This document shows positions 1 through 10,269 of a DNA stretch of 64,000 nucleotides, piece after piece (position 1 is the first letter of the stretch; each line of letters starts with the position of its first letter). Position numbers and translations under genes: made by a program. The DNA is from an uncultured cyanobacterium (lineage in GTDB: Bacteria; Cyanobacteriota; Cyanobacteriia; Pseudanabaenales; Pseudanabaenaceae), in assembly GCA_963703315.1 (NCBI GenBank), contig OY969811.1, positions 1,344,001-1,408,000 on the forward strand. Reading direction: 5' to 3'. The notes beneath the pieces were generated by a model that made no database searches, was not told where the DNA came from, and saw nothing but the letters and a program-made list of their open reading frames with translations.

Positions 1-2
1 CT

Positions 3-1493
3 CGTGCGCTTTTTCTTGATTTAAATCAGCAGTTAGATAAGTCTAATAGTGATATTAATGCTTCGGCTCCATTACAAGCCAATGCTCGATATCAAGCCCT
101 GCTAGCTCAGGTTCAAACTATAGAAAGTCAGATTGCGAAGGAATTGAGTATATTTCAAGAGAATACGGATCGCATTCAATCTTTGCGAGATCAAAGGGCA
201 AACTTAATACCTTTGTTAGTTCAAGAAGAAGAAAGAACCAAAGAACTAATTTCCAGTCAGATTCGAGAGTTAGAAGCTCGGCGTGATATCTTAGCACAGG
301 CGGAGGAAAACTTAAACCAGCAAGTGAAACAGCTATCTGTGATATCTCGTCAGTATACGGATATTCAGCAAGAGATTAAAATCACTAATGATAACCTCAA
401 TCAGTTTTTAGCAAAACGAGAAGCCTTACGCATTGATGCGGGACAGCGTAAAACTCCTTGGCAAATCCTGACTCCTGTCAATAATCCTGTTCCGTCCTCT
501 GCTGATGTTAAGCGTAATGGTTTATTGGGAGGAGTATTGGGATTGTTAACAGGGGTTGGTGTGGCTTTGTTGTTGGATAAGTTAAGTAATCTTTTGCGTA
601 CCCCAGAAGAAGCTGAAGAGGTATCAAAGTTACCTCTTCTTGGTGTAATTCCATTTAGTTCATCTTTAACCTTTGATGATAATTCTAATCCTTATAGCAT
701 TATGGAAACAGTTCCATTTAATGCAACTTTGTTGGCGGAAGAAGAGCCAAATACTGCTGGAAAGTTTTCCCCAATAATAAACTTAAAGTCTCTAATAGAG
801 CGATCGCAAAAAAAGATAGAAAAAGAGATGTCTTCTCCAAAATCATACTATACAACAGGGTCTCTGTTTTTAGAGTCTTTTAGATCTCTCTATACCAATA
901 TTCGTTTGCTTAGTCCTGATGACGAGATTCGTTCTATAGTGATTAGCTCTTCTATGCCTAGCGAAGGCAAATCTACTGTTTCTGTGAATCTAGCCCAAGC
1001 TGCTGCTGCATTAGGGAAACGGGTACTTTTAGTTGATGGGGATCTACGTCGTCCAAAGATCCATACTCAATTACAAATTAGTAATGCATTGGGGATGAGC
1101 AATCTAATTACTTCTGATCTAAGTGTGGATAAAGTGATCCAGCGATCGCAAATTGAGCCAACTTTATCAATCCTCACTGCTGGTCAAGTGCCTCCTGATC
1201 CAACTCGTCTGCTGTCTTCACAAAAAATGCAAAGTTTAATGCAACTGTTCCAAGAAACTTACGATTTGGTAATTTATGATACTCCTCCTTTGATAGGTAT
1301 AGTCGATGCCAAAATAATTGCTTCTGAAACAGATGGCATGATTATGGTGGTTGGACTGGATAAAACTAAGTCTTCAACTTTGACTCAGGCTTTAGAATTA
1401 TTGAGCAATTCTCCAATTGTAATATTTGGGATTATTGCTAATGGTTCAAAGGATTATGCTGCCAGTCTGAGTAATACCTATAAACTTTATTAA
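3..1493 (+). CDS. GumC/Wzc-family polysaccharide chain-length protein with BY-kinase domain (5' end outside window)
   Basis: Frame is open from base 3. Coiled coil, TM helix (GLLGGVLGLLTGVGVALL), Walker A SSMPSEGKST, A' DGDLRRP, Walker B YDTPP, C-terminal tyrosines. Confidence 0.9.
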   Translation, partial: RALFLDLNQQLDKSNSDINASAPLQANARYQALLAQVQTIESQIAKELSIFQENTDRIQSLRDQRANLIPLLVQEEERTKELISSQIRELEARRDILAQAEENLNQQVKQLSVISRQYTDIQQEIKITNDNLNQFLAKREALRIDAGQRKTPWQILTPVNNPVPSSADVKRNGLLGGVLGLLTGVGVALLLDKLSNLLRTPEEAEEVSKLPLLGVIPFSSSLTFDDNSNPYSIMETVPFNATLLAEEEPNTAGKFSPIINLKSLIERSQKKIEKEMSSPKSYYTTGSLFLESFRSLYTNIRLLSPDDEIRSIVISSSMPSEGKSTVSVNLAQAAAALGKRVLLVDGDLRRPKIHTQLQISNALGMSNLITSDLSVDKVIQRSQIEPTLSILTAGQVPPDPTRLLSSQKMQSLMQLFQETYDLVIYDTPPLIGIVDAKIIASETDGMIMVVGLDKTKSSTLTQALELLSNSPIVIFGIIANGSKDYAASLSNTYKLY

Positions 1494-1497
1494 AATT

Positions 1498-1587
1498 AGT
1501 AGCTGGAGAAAACCAGCCCAAAAACCTGTGGCGCACGCGCAGCGTGCGCCACAGGTTTTTGGGTTTTATATTTGCGCCCAGCTACTT
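1498..1587. mobile_element. MITE/REP-like element, family A (ends AGTAGCT...AGCTACT) with internal hairpin CCTGTGGCGCACGC-GCA-GCGTGCGCCACAGG
   Basis: Terminal inverted repeats and internal hairpin shared with copies at 4956-5053 and 9560-9664; the hairpin alone recurs at about 3094-3132. Confidence 0.65.
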
Positions 1588-1596
1588 CTATAATTT

Positions 1597-2043
1597 CTAG
1601 GCGGAAGTATTGAGGGTTGAGCTTTTTTGATAGAGATCTGTTAGCTCAAGCAAAAAATTAAGACTCTGTTTGCCAGTCATGGAGATCGGCGAAAATGTTT
1701 GTGAGCTTGAATATTTCAATATAATATCGCGCACTTCAGCTTGGTTCCCAATCTGGACTACTTTCATCGACCAAGCCCCAAAATTGCGCTGTTCAATTTC
1801 TGAGAAATCAATTAGTTCAGCATTGACATGACGTTTATCTAATAGAATTCGATTGTAAGTTTGGCTAACTACTCGCCGACTGCCTTCTAGCACCTGCAAA
1901 AACATCGAATCGCCAAAACTCAATATGCCCGTTATGCCAACTTGTTTATTGTTACGTTCCGACTTGGTCATGATATCCACGAAGTCGGGGTATTCTAGCC
2001 CTGCAACAGCCTGACTGACATAGATTAAACGATATATAGCCAT
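1597..2043 (-). CDS. Stand-alone BLUF blue-light sensor protein
   Basis: LIYVS (Tyr), SERNN, GITGIL, FLQVLEG (Gln), DKRH and WSM motifs of BLUF domains. Confidence 0.92.
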   Translation of the reverse strand: MAIYRLIYVSQAVAGLEYPDFVDIMTKSERNNKQVGITGILSFGDSMFLQVLEGSRRVVSQTYNRILLDKRHVNAELIDFSEIEQRNFGAWSMKVVQIGNQAEVRDIILKYSSSQTFSPISMTGKQSLNFLLELTDLYQKSSTLNTSA

Positions 2044-2210
2044 AGGTTAGTTATTTGTAAAAATGTATGTACTACCTTCCCCGTAAATATAGCGGTTTTC
2101 AAGTAAGCGAGTTACAGAGGATTGTTTACCCGCCTTTGGCGGGTAAACAATCCCGTATTTCACTAGGCTGTGAAACACAATAAGTGGTGTATGGCTTTGC
2201 CATGCACCAC

Positions 2211-2990
2211 TTATTGTGAAGTTAGTGATGAGCCAATGCCTTGGAAGAAAGCCCATGAAAGAAAGAAATTACTGATAAAAATAGCTAGTAAAGCAGTGAC
2301 AACGGCGGTAGTTGTTGATTCTCCTACGCCTTTTGCGCCACCCGTGGTGGTTAAGCCCCATGTCGTACCGATCGCTGCAATTAAAACGCCAAAGATGCTG
2401 GATTTGATTAAGGCAGCAATTAAATCCCAAGGTTTGAGTAAGTCTTGGACAGAGGTAAGAAACATATTGGGGGAGATGCTATACATGGCATCTGATAGAA
2501 ATAAGCCACCAGCCATACCTGTTAAAAATCCTAAGATTGTCAAGATTGGCAACATTAATAAACAGGCGATCGCGCGAGGAGTAGCGAGATAATCTACAGG
2601 ATTTGTCCGCAGCATATAGAGGGCATCGATTTGCTCAGTTACTTGCATTGTGCCAATTTCCGCAGCAAAGGCGGAACCAACTCGTCCCGCAATGATCACG
2701 GCTGTTAGGACAGGAATTAACTCACGAGCTAAGGCGATCGCTAAAATCCCCCCAATCGCCTGTTGTGCGCCAAAGTTAATAAATTCCCTTGCAACTTGAA
2801 TGGTAAATACTGCACCGACAAAGGATGCGGTAATCAAGGTTATGAGCAATGACTCAGTACCAACCATTGACATTTGCTCAACTGTATTGCGCCAGTGAAA
2901 GCGTCGGTAGATCAAAATATGGGTGATGATTTGTCCAATGAGGAGACAACTTTGCCCAAGCTTAGCTAGCCAAATGCCAAAATTTCCCAT
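2211..2990 (-). CDS. mlaE: MlaE/Tgd1-family lipid ABC transporter permease
   Basis: RELIPVLTAVIIAGRVGSAFAAEIGTMQVTEQIDAL and GGAKGVGESTTTAVV signatures. Confidence 0.92.
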   Translation of the reverse strand: MGNFGIWLAKLGQSCLLIGQIITHILIYRRFHWRNTVEQMSMVGTESLLITLITASFVGAVFTIQVAREFINFGAQQAIGGILAIALARELIPVLTAVIIAGRVGSAFAAEIGTMQVTEQIDALYMLRTNPVDYLATPRAIACLLMLPILTILGFLTGMAGGLFLSDAMYSISPNMFLTSVQDLLKPWDLIAALIKSSIFGVLIAAIGTTWGLTTTGGAKGVGESTTTAVVTALLAIFISNFFLSWAFFQGIGSSLTSQ

Positions 2991-3162
2991 GCTCCAACTT
3001 TCCTATGTCCTGCCAGACAAATAATAAATTGCCTTAATTATTTCATCGTAACGCCCATCGCAATTATAGCTGCTTAGTTAAACATAAAACTCTAAAACCT
3101 GTAGCGCACGCGCAGCGTGCGCTACAGGTTTTAAATCTGTTTTTTAATGATGACGATTTGTA

Positions 3163-3266
3163 ATACCAATTCACAAAAGTGTGACAATATTTCTGTGGAT
3201 TTAAACGCCCAACTCAGTAAGAGTTTTTCAAACTAAAAATGGCGTAGCCATTTTTAGTTTTGGTAT
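3163..3266. mobile_element. About 104-bp two-hairpin dispersed element (ends ATACCAA...TTGGTAT)
   Basis: A similar copy lies in inverted orientation at 13611-13713; both carry AACTAAAAATGGC-nnn-GCCATTTTTAGTT. Confidence 0.65.
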
Positions 3267-3327
3267 GATTTGGCGATCGCTCATTCATCTTAGGTTTTAA
3301 TAGGATGAGTAGAGAATTATTTGATTT

Positions 3328-4005
3328 ATGCCTAATAAAATTGGATTTTGGTTGATTTGGATTTTATTTGCGGTCTATGCCTTCATTTTCGCCCCGCCCG
3401 ATCGTCCTGAAACAATGGCACTCATCCAAAAACTAATTGCTGGTGATTGGCAAAGCACCAATGCTTATATTGTGGCACTCTTTAACTTGATGGGCGTGTT
3501 TCCATTAGTTTATGCTTGCATATTAGCCAGTGATGGGCGCGGACAGAAAGTACCTGCTTGGCCATTTGCGACACTTTCATTTTTTGTTGGAGCCTTTGCA
3601 TTACTTCCTTACTTTGCCTTGCGTGAGCCAAATCCTCTATTTACAGGCAAAAAGAATTGGCTGATTAAAGTATTAGATTCACGATGGATAGGGATTGGAA
3701 TTGCGGCGATCGCAATTTACTTTTTGGTCTATGGGTTTGCCAATGGTAACTGGGCAGACTTCCTTCAGCAATGGCAAACTAGCCGATTTATCCATGTAAT
3801 GAGTTTAGACTTTTGTATGTTATCGCTGATGTTTCCGTGGTTGCTCAGTGACGATATGGAAAGACGTGGCATGACCGATGATCGCTTTTTTACATTTATT
3901 GCGCTGATTCCTTTAATTGGTGCATTGATTTACCTATGTTTGCGATCGCCTGTAATTGAGAGTGAAGATCTATCTACACAAACAGCGACTCAATCATCCG
4001 ATTAG
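3328..4005 (+). CDS. Conserved cyanobacterial membrane protein (DUF2834-like)
   Basis: Multiple TM segments; FNLMG, AFALLPY and SRFIHVMSLDF motifs. Confidence 0.65.
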   Translation: MPNKIGFWLIWILFAVYAFIFAPPDRPETMALIQKLIAGDWQSTNAYIVALFNLMGVFPLVYACILASDGRGQKVPAWPFATLSFFVGAFALLPYFALREPNPLFTGKKNWLIKVLDSRWIGIGIAAIAIYFLVYGFANGNWADFLQQWQTSRFIHVMSLDFCMLSLMFPWLLSDDMERRGMTDDRFFTFIALIPLIGALIYLCLRSPVIESEDLSTQTATQSSD

Positions 4006-4831
4006 CTTGGGAACCGTAACCACCACCAAAGAGATTGAAGTGATTGAGAATGTGATAGAGATTGTAGAGAGTTTTGCGCTGTTGATAGCCTGCATCAATT
4101 GGATAAGCGGCATTGTAAGCACGATAGAACTGGGATGGGAAACCACCAAATAATTCGGTCATGGCGAGATCAACTTCGCGATCGCCAAAGTATAAGGCAG
4201 GATCAAAAATCACAGGTTCACCATTGATAAAAGCAGCATTACCACCCCAGAGATCCCCATGTACCATTGCGGATTGTGGTTGGTAATCGCGAAAGAACTT
4301 GGGTAAGGCTTCATAGATTCTCTCTTCAGGGATAGCGCAACGCCAACCTTTGCTTTTAGCTAAACGGATTTGAAAAGCGAGCCGATATTCTCGCCAGAAA
4401 TCAATCCAATTATTTGTCCAATTATTAATCTGTGGAGTTGCGCCGATCGTATTGTCACGCTGCCAACCAAAGCCGCGATCGCTAGTTACTTGATGTAACA
4501 ATGCCAGATGGCGACCCATCGCTTCCCAGTCTTGACGACCCCCTAAATCAAGATTTTCCATGACTAAATACGCGGCATCACCAGCGATCCCCCAACAAAT
4601 TGGCTGCGGCACACGAATGGTTTGGGTTGCATACATTTGATTGAGGGCGATCGCCTCTGCCACAAACATATCTAACTGAGGCGCGGTATTCGTTTTCACA
4701 AAAAAGTCACGCTTGCCATCGGATATTTTACAGGTCTGATTAATGCAACCACCCGACTGATCTTGGCGGCGATCGCTCGTAAATTTTGCACCCGTTGCCT
4801 GAGAAATGGCGATCTCTATTTCATCCCACAT
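3974..4831 (-). CDS. Fructosamine/ketosamine kinase family protein
   Basis: GGCIN, FFVK, HGDLWGGN, FDPALYFGDREVDLAM, LYNLYHILNHFNLFG; likely ATG at 4831. Confidence 0.92.
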   Translation of the reverse strand: MWDEIEIAISQATGAKFTSDRRQDQSGGCINQTCKISDGKRDFFVKTNTAPQLDMFVAEAIALNQMYATQTIRVPQPICWGIAGDAAYLVMENLDLGGRQDWEAMGRHLALLHQVTSDRGFGWQRDNTIGATPQINNWTNNWIDFWREYRLAFQIRLAKSKGWRCAIPEERIYEALPKFFRDYQPQSAMVHGDLWGGNAAFINGEPVIFDPALYFGDREVDLAMTELFGGFPSQFYRAYNAAYPIDAGYQQRKTLYNLYHILNHFNLFGGGYGSQANRMIESLFV

Positions 4832-4955
4832 ATTCCATCCCACATAAATTTTGCTCCGAAACATCATTTGATTTAACATCAGTTCTCAATAAAACGTAAC
4901 CCCAAATTTTAAAGACGATTCGTATACTGTGAACTAACACATTGAATTATCTATC

Positions 4956-5053
4956 TAAGTAGCTCATAGTTAAAACCCAAAACCAGAGCTTGTGCCGCCC
5001 GCGTAGCTGGCGGCACAAGCTTCTAGGTTTTAAGTTTACTTATTAGCTACTTA
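4956..5053. mobile_element. Family A MITE/REP-like element
   Basis: TAAGTAGCT...AGCTACTTA inverted ends and a central GC hairpin (GCTTGTGCCGCC...GGCGGCACAAGC). Confidence 0.6.
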
Positions 5054-5087
5054 ATAGATCTATAAAAACTATCCTAATTGGTGAAAT

Positions 5088-5399
5088 ATGATGAACGACA
5101 TTGGTAAGTACCGCTTTGTTTGCACCCTCACCCTTAGCGATATTTTGGGTCAGGTGATTGTTTGGCTAGGCGTGATTTTTGTAGCCCTTGCCTCAGCACT
5201 CTCACTAATGAGTAAGCCCGTTTATTCCTTTGGTGCAGTTGGGTTAATTGTGGTCACATCTTTACCATTTTTGCTATTTACCTTCGTCACCACATTATTT
5301 AATCACATTGATATTGTGCCTCTGACAGAAGAAGAAATTAAGCGAAATAATTCTAAAATATCAGGTGTACGCAAAACCTCTGCTAAAGCTTCTGCATAA
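5088..5399 (+). CDS. Conserved small two-TM cyanobacterial hypothetical protein
   Basis: KYRFVCTLT..DI.GQ and SLPFLLF.FVTTL.NHI pattern; two hydrophobic helices. Confidence 0.7.
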   Translation: MMNDIGKYRFVCTLTLSDILGQVIVWLGVIFVALASALSLMSKPVYSFGAVGLIVVTSLPFLLFTFVTTLFNHIDIVPLTEEEIKRNNSKISGVRKTSAKASA

Positions 5400-5509
5400 G
5401 GATTGGGGGGCGGATTGCGTCCCCTTCTCTATGGACGTTTCTATGGACATTATGGGCATTGTTTGATAAACCATAGCTAAGAATTGTATAGAAACAAGGT
5501 TTAATCACC

Positions 5510-5857
5510 GTGCGCCAGCTTAATTTTGTTGTTATTTTTAGCGTTGTTCTTGCTTTAGTACTGTTTGCCCTAGAGAATACTGCCTCAGCACCGATCCAGA
5601 TAATTCCACAATTAAAGGTCTCAGCCCCGATTTCAGTTGAACTAATTTTAGCAATGGGCTTAGGTGCAGTTTTAGCTTGGATCTTTAGTGTCTGGTCGGG
5701 CTTGCAAAAAACGATTGAATTGCGTAACCAGAATGTCCAGATCCAGAATTTGAAAGAAACTGTCCAAAATTTAAGTGTAGAGATTGAAGAGCGCAAACGC
5801 TTAGTTTCTGCATCAGCGATCGATGTCGAGATTGATGAAGATAAAACCAGAAACTAG
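5510..5857 (+). CDS. LapA (lipopolysaccharide assembly protein A) domain protein
   Basis: MRQLNF..LALVLFALEN, second TM helix, C-terminal coiled coil. Confidence 0.75.
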   Translation: MRQLNFVVIFSVVLALVLFALENTASAPIQIIPQLKVSAPISVELILAMGLGAVLAWIFSVWSGLQKTIELRNQNVQIQNLKETVQNLSVEIEERKRLVSASAIDVEIDEDKTRN

Positions 5858-5897
5858 AATAAAGGGCGCTAAGCGCCCTTTATTCTAGTTTCTGGTT
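5845..5897. terminator. Perfect 25-bp-arm hairpin overlapping the LapA stop codon
   Basis: AACCAGAAACTAGAATAAAGGGCGC-TAA-GCGCCCTTTATTCTAGTTTCTGGTT. Confidence 0.6.
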
Positions 5898-5949
5898 ATA
5901 AATCTCTCCAATTAGTGATATTTTTAAACATTCGCTTCTTGCAAGCTCC

Positions 5950-6771
5950 ATGACCCTATCGATCGCCGAATCAGTTACTAAAGATGCTATTGCCCTATTG
6001 ATCGACCTTACAGAACGAGGTGAGATTGATCCTTGGGATGTGCAGGTGATCGATGTTGTGGATCGTTTCTTGTCGAGGTTGATTGTGAGCGATCGCCGTG
6101 ATTTGTACGATTCGGGTCAGGCGATGCTCTATGCGGCGATGTTGGTCTTACTCAAGGCAAATTCCTTATCTGATAGTCAAAGCGCCTATGATCAGACTGA
6201 AGAAACGGTTGATGATCTGGAATTAGAGTCAGATGCGATCGCGGCATCTTTGCGCTTGCCGACAGATTTTGATCAACGCTTACGTCGTTTGCCTGTGGCA
6301 TTACCCCCCAAAGCCCGACGCATCACCCTCGAAGAGTTAATTGCTCAGATCGAAGCGATCGCTGAAATCGTAGATCGTAAAACTAGTAAGCCTGCTAAAC
6401 GTCCAAGTCAAAGTAAAGTGGCACGTAAGGCAGCGATGAAGGCGATCGCCCAACTTGCCCACAAAGAAAATCTCTCGGAGATGGTCGAAGAAATTGAGCG
6501 TTATTTTCTGCTCCATCCTGATGAAGAGATTGAGATCAGTGATTTAGCAGAAGTATTTAATGATCGGGTGGGGGTATTTTGGGGCTTATTACTGATGTCA
6601 TCCCAGTCTAAGGTGGAATTATTTCAAGAAGAATTTTATGGCAAAATCCAAATCGTGCCTACCCTGAAAGTGCCATCGATCAAAGAATTACCATTTCCTA
6701 GCACCACTAATTCCACAGTAGAATCTACTCAGCTACAATTGACTTTCTCCGAATTAAAAGAAGTTTCGTGA
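5950..6771 (+). CDS. scpA: Segregation/condensation protein A (kleisin)
   Basis: GEIDPWDVQVI, AAMLVLLKA and FWGLLLM..SKVELFQEEFY motifs. Confidence 0.88.
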   Translation: MTLSIAESVTKDAIALLIDLTERGEIDPWDVQVIDVVDRFLSRLIVSDRRDLYDSGQAMLYAAMLVLLKANSLSDSQSAYDQTEETVDDLELESDAIAASLRLPTDFDQRLRRLPVALPPKARRITLEELIAQIEAIAEIVDRKTSKPAKRPSQSKVARKAAMKAIAQLAHKENLSEMVEEIERYFLLHPDEEIEISDLAEVFNDRVGVFWGLLLMSSQSKVELFQEEFYGKIQIVPTLKVPSIKELPFPSTTNSTVESTQLQLTFSELKEVS

Positions 6772-7250
6772 AATATCTACATTTTCCCCCTGATCAAATC
6801 TATCTATGTTTGCCTGTGAGAATTATCTCTGGATTGGGTGTAATCGCTATTTGTCTCGGTTTTGCACCTGATGCGATCGCCCAAGCTCGTAGTTCCGTAT
6901 ATAAGCCCGCAGCGATATCTAGTGGTGTTGATGTTAACGATATGCTCACTGATAAAGATATTCCCACAGGTCAGAAAGGATTTGCCCGTGACTACATCCT
7001 TGAAGCTCAAAAAGATGAACGTTTAGAAATTACTGTGACCTCTGGAAATTTTGACACCGTTTTGAGTTTGTTAGATAGCAAGGGTGATGTGATTGCCGAA
7101 AATGATGATGCAGTGAGTGATAGTACGAATTCTTTAATCTTTTTTAAAGTGCGCCAATCAGGAAGTTATACGGTACGAGTTTCATCTTTTGGTGGTAGTA
7201 GTGGCGGTAAATTTACATTGAAGGTTAATAAACTGCGAATTGTCAATTAA
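6768..7250 (+). CDS. Secreted PPC (pre-peptidase C-terminal) domain protein
   Basis: Signal-like segment ending AIA; S..FDTVLSLLDS.G.VIAENDD...NS and G.Y.VRV.S motifs. Confidence 0.8.
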   Translation: MKYLHFPPDQIYLCLPVRIISGLGVIAICLGFAPDAIAQARSSVYKPAAISSGVDVNDMLTDKDIPTGQKGFARDYILEAQKDERLEITVTSGNFDTVLSLLDSKGDVIAENDDAVSDSTNSLIFFKVRQSGSYTVRVSSFGGSSGGKFTLKVNKLRIVN

Positions 7251-7323
7251 AACTTGTAACAAAGCACAAAATGGCGCAGCCATTTTGTGAGAACGGGATG
7301 TAGGGACATTGCCCCTACATCCC

Positions 7324-9525
7324 TCACGAACCTATAATACGGAGCATTCGCGATTCTATCTGTTCCCAAGTTTTGCGAGAAACGGCGATCGCCCGATTTT
7401 TACATTGCACCATTAATAAATTGGCATAGAGATAGTTCTCTAACGCTTCTACTTCCTGATGTGAAATTTGATTTAATTCCATCGGTAGATATAGTGTTTG
7501 TAGCCATGTACGGCTGATTTGATTGCGAAAAGTTTCTCGTACTTCAAAGGATTGATCATAGCTTGGTGACTGAGAAGCTAGGGACTCTAACCTCGTGCTT
7601 AAAGCCATGAAATTAATATTTTTTTTGTCAAAATCAATTTTGGCAAGAGATTGTTCCAATTCGCTACAAAGTTGGATTGCTAAGTTCAGTTCTGTCGCAC
7701 TATCAAAATCAAGAGCATGGGCAAGGCTCAGGGAAAGATCGGCGGCAAAAATCTTATCAAAATTTAAAGATAAATCAAAAGTCTTATACAAATCCTGTGC
7801 AAGTCCTAGAATCCTTGTCAAAATTAGAGCAGGAGCAAGTTCTGGCAAGAAACGAGGACGTGCTAGAAAGATCGCCGCAATGCGTTTAGCCACAGATTTT
7901 AATTCACCTTTAGAATTTAGATTTATTAGTTCTATCCAATCTAAAATATCGCGTAACTTATTAGTATTGATGTAGTTAGAAGTCTGTAACTCAATTGCTA
8001 ATAGAAGCTCTTCAGAATCACCAACTGCCATACCTGCTAGTAATAGAAAAATGTTCTGCCAACGGCGATCGCTCAAATACTGAGGAACGATTAATTTAAT
8101 CTTATGGTGATTATAAATATAACGAGCCGCAAAATATTCTTGAAAAGTAATGTGACTAAATAGAAAACTTGTAGAATTTCTAGAAGTGTTAATCTTACAA
8201 ATACCAATCTGCCGTAAAACTTTTAAGATAAAATCAACTTCGACCCCGTCGATAACACCCATGTAATTAGAGATTATTTGTTGTAAATACTCAGTTAAGT
8301 CTTGAAATGGTAAAAGTGACTGTCGTATTTCAAAACTTTTATAAGCAATTTCCGATAGTAAGATATCTAATATATCGGTACTAATAATATTGTTAGCTTG
8401 ATCATTTAGTAATTGACATTTTAACACTTGTTCTTCTAATACTAAATTGATTGCTTTTTGGTATAGACTACTCACATTACTCGGTAAACTATAGCGGCGA
8501 TCGCATAGTAAGCACAAAAATGATAGGCATAAAGGTGAATTAGCTAAATCTCTTGCCACACTATTTAATTGTAATATTTTCCAGCATCGTTGCGCTTCTT
8601 CCGATGCCACATCTTGTTCCGACCGAGCAGACTCGGCATTACTAGTATTTGCTTCTTGAGTAGTCCTTGACTCAGATGCGATCGTGAACCACTTATGGAT
8701 GTATTCCTGAACATGAAGATCATCCCAAGTCTGAAGTTCTAATTCCAAAAACTGCCCCAAACTACTTTGGTAAGAAGCTAAACGGCTAGAGACAATATAA
8801 CGATTTTTAGGATAGGCTTTGACAAAATCTCTTAAATGATTGGATAGATATTTTTGCGATAATGGTGATTCATTCAATCCATCAATCAAAATCAGCAGTT
8901 TCCCTTTCTCTAACATCCATATAGCTAGCTCTTGCGACTCAGGAAAACCACATTTTTCTAACTCTTCAGCGATCGCCTGCAACAAAGTATCGTCATTGTG
9001 ACAAAACTTCCATAAATGCAAAAAAACAGGCAAAACATCATGTTTATATCGAGATTCTGGATAATACAAAGCTTCCATTCCAATGTATTTCAGAAAAGTC
9101 GTCTTCCCTACAGCAGGTTCTCCTAAAATTGTCAGATAAGCTTCTTCGTTCGCAATGTTTAATCCTAAAAGATTATTCCCCTTACTATAACTACTTCTCT
9201 GAAGATCACGAGAAAAAGCTTCTTCTAGTTCATCAACAGACTCAAAACTACGAACAGAAGTATGTGCCTGTTTCAGTCTCTGAGAAATATAGATCGACAA
9301 TAGTGTGGTCAGACTTTGACTGCCAAATATCTGTATGAAAGCGTAAGACTTTACATAATTGCGAGCATATTGAGTTGCAGCCTTAGAAACAGCATGGCTA
9401 AAATAAACTTCATCTACCTCACATTCCCTCCCTTTTGCACTCTCCGTAAACCCAGACAATGCCGTCTTAAATCTTTTGACAACCTCACGAATAGTTTGTT
9501 CTTGCTTGATGTTCATTGTCAACAT
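7324..9525 (-). CDS. NACHT-family STAND NTPase with C-terminal helical (NCH2-like) domain
   Basis: Walker A GEPAVGKTT, Walker B LLILIDGLNE, SSR sensor, SPLCL, FSHITFQEYFAA; C-terminal YLYANLLMVQC..W..IE.RML. Confidence 0.88.
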   Translation of the reverse strand: MLTMNIKQEQTIREVVKRFKTALSGFTESAKGRECEVDEVYFSHAVSKAATQYARNYVKSYAFIQIFGSQSLTTLLSIYISQRLKQAHTSVRSFESVDELEEAFSRDLQRSSYSKGNNLLGLNIANEEAYLTILGEPAVGKTTFLKYIGMEALYYPESRYKHDVLPVFLHLWKFCHNDDTLLQAIAEELEKCGFPESQELAIWMLEKGKLLILIDGLNESPLSQKYLSNHLRDFVKAYPKNRYIVSSRLASYQSSLGQFLELELQTWDDLHVQEYIHKWFTIASESRTTQEANTSNAESARSEQDVASEEAQRCWKILQLNSVARDLANSPLCLSFLCLLCDRRYSLPSNVSSLYQKAINLVLEEQVLKCQLLNDQANNIISTDILDILLSEIAYKSFEIRQSLLPFQDLTEYLQQIISNYMGVIDGVEVDFILKVLRQIGICKINTSRNSTSFLFSHITFQEYFAARYIYNHHKIKLIVPQYLSDRRWQNIFLLLAGMAVGDSEELLLAIELQTSNYINTNKLRDILDWIELINLNSKGELKSVAKRIAAIFLARPRFLPELAPALILTRILGLAQDLYKTFDLSLNFDKIFAADLSLSLAHALDFDSATELNLAIQLCSELEQSLAKIDFDKKNINFMALSTRLESLASQSPSYDQSFEVRETFRNQISRTWLQTLYLPMELNQISHQEVEALENYLYANLLMVQCKNRAIAVSRKTWEQIESRMLRIIGS

Positions 9526-9559
9526 AAATCCACCGAAATAGTCTCATTTCTATCTCCTA

Positions 9560-9664
9560 TAAGTAGCTAGGCATAATTAAAAACCAGAGTAGAAACCTGT
9601 GACGCACGCGCAGCGTGCGCCACAGGTTTCTGGGTTTTATCTTTAAATTGCGCCCAGATACTTA
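9560..9664. mobile_element. Family A MITE/REP-like element
   Basis: TAAGTAGCT...AGATACTTA ends; same GCGCACGC-GCA-GCGTGCGC hairpin (one mismatch) as 1498-1587. Confidence 0.65.
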
Positions 9665-9775
9665 GTTGTCGCTAGTCTAGTTAGGACACAAATCCAGAAG
9701 ATCAGTTGCGGCGTTTTGTGCCGTAACTCGCTTCTTGGGTTTTGATTCGTCCTAATGCAAATGGCAACAGCTATA
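9665..9775. mobile_element. Degenerate family B element (ends related to TAGCTGTCGCCAGTCTTGTTAGGACA)
   Basis: GTTGTCGCTAGTCTAGTTAGGACA ... GTCCTAATGCAAATGGCAACAGCTATA; solo ends at about 35536-35557 and 59073-59096. Confidence 0.5.
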
Positions 9776-10241
9776 TATTAAATTGCAATCAAATAAAATC
9801 CAAATTTTTCTATCAAAGAGACACTTTTTATCGCTTCCAACACAAAACTTAGATCTCCTTGAGTAAAAGCAGGACATAAATACTCTATGCTGCACATTTG
9901 GATCTAGATCCAGCAAAAAAATCACAAAAAATATTTAACTAAATTTGATAACAAATGTTACAAAGTTTAATAGATATTATTACATTTTTAGGCTTATGAG
10001 AATTGGTTACATTGTGCAAGTTTCTGTAGATAAATTGTAAAGCTCAACAAACATATTGTTAATATATTTATTTTAATTGATCTATAGCAATTACGACACT
10101 TGTGAAACTCTATATATCTATAGGGTTACTCAAACAAGCAGACTTGTTTTGAGTAAAAATACTTGCAAATTGCTGATATATTGATTGTTGTAGAGTCTTA
10201 TATTTTCTTTAAGAACTTATTATTTTGTACTTGATATTCCC

Positions 10242-10269
10242 CAACACATCTATAATTAGAGATGTGTTG
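10242..10269 (+). promoter_or_regulatory. Putative operator overlapping a -10 box upstream of the globin operon
   Basis: Perfect 10-bp inverted repeat CAACACATCT-N8-AGATGTGTTG with TATAAT at 10251-10256. Confidence 0.4.
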
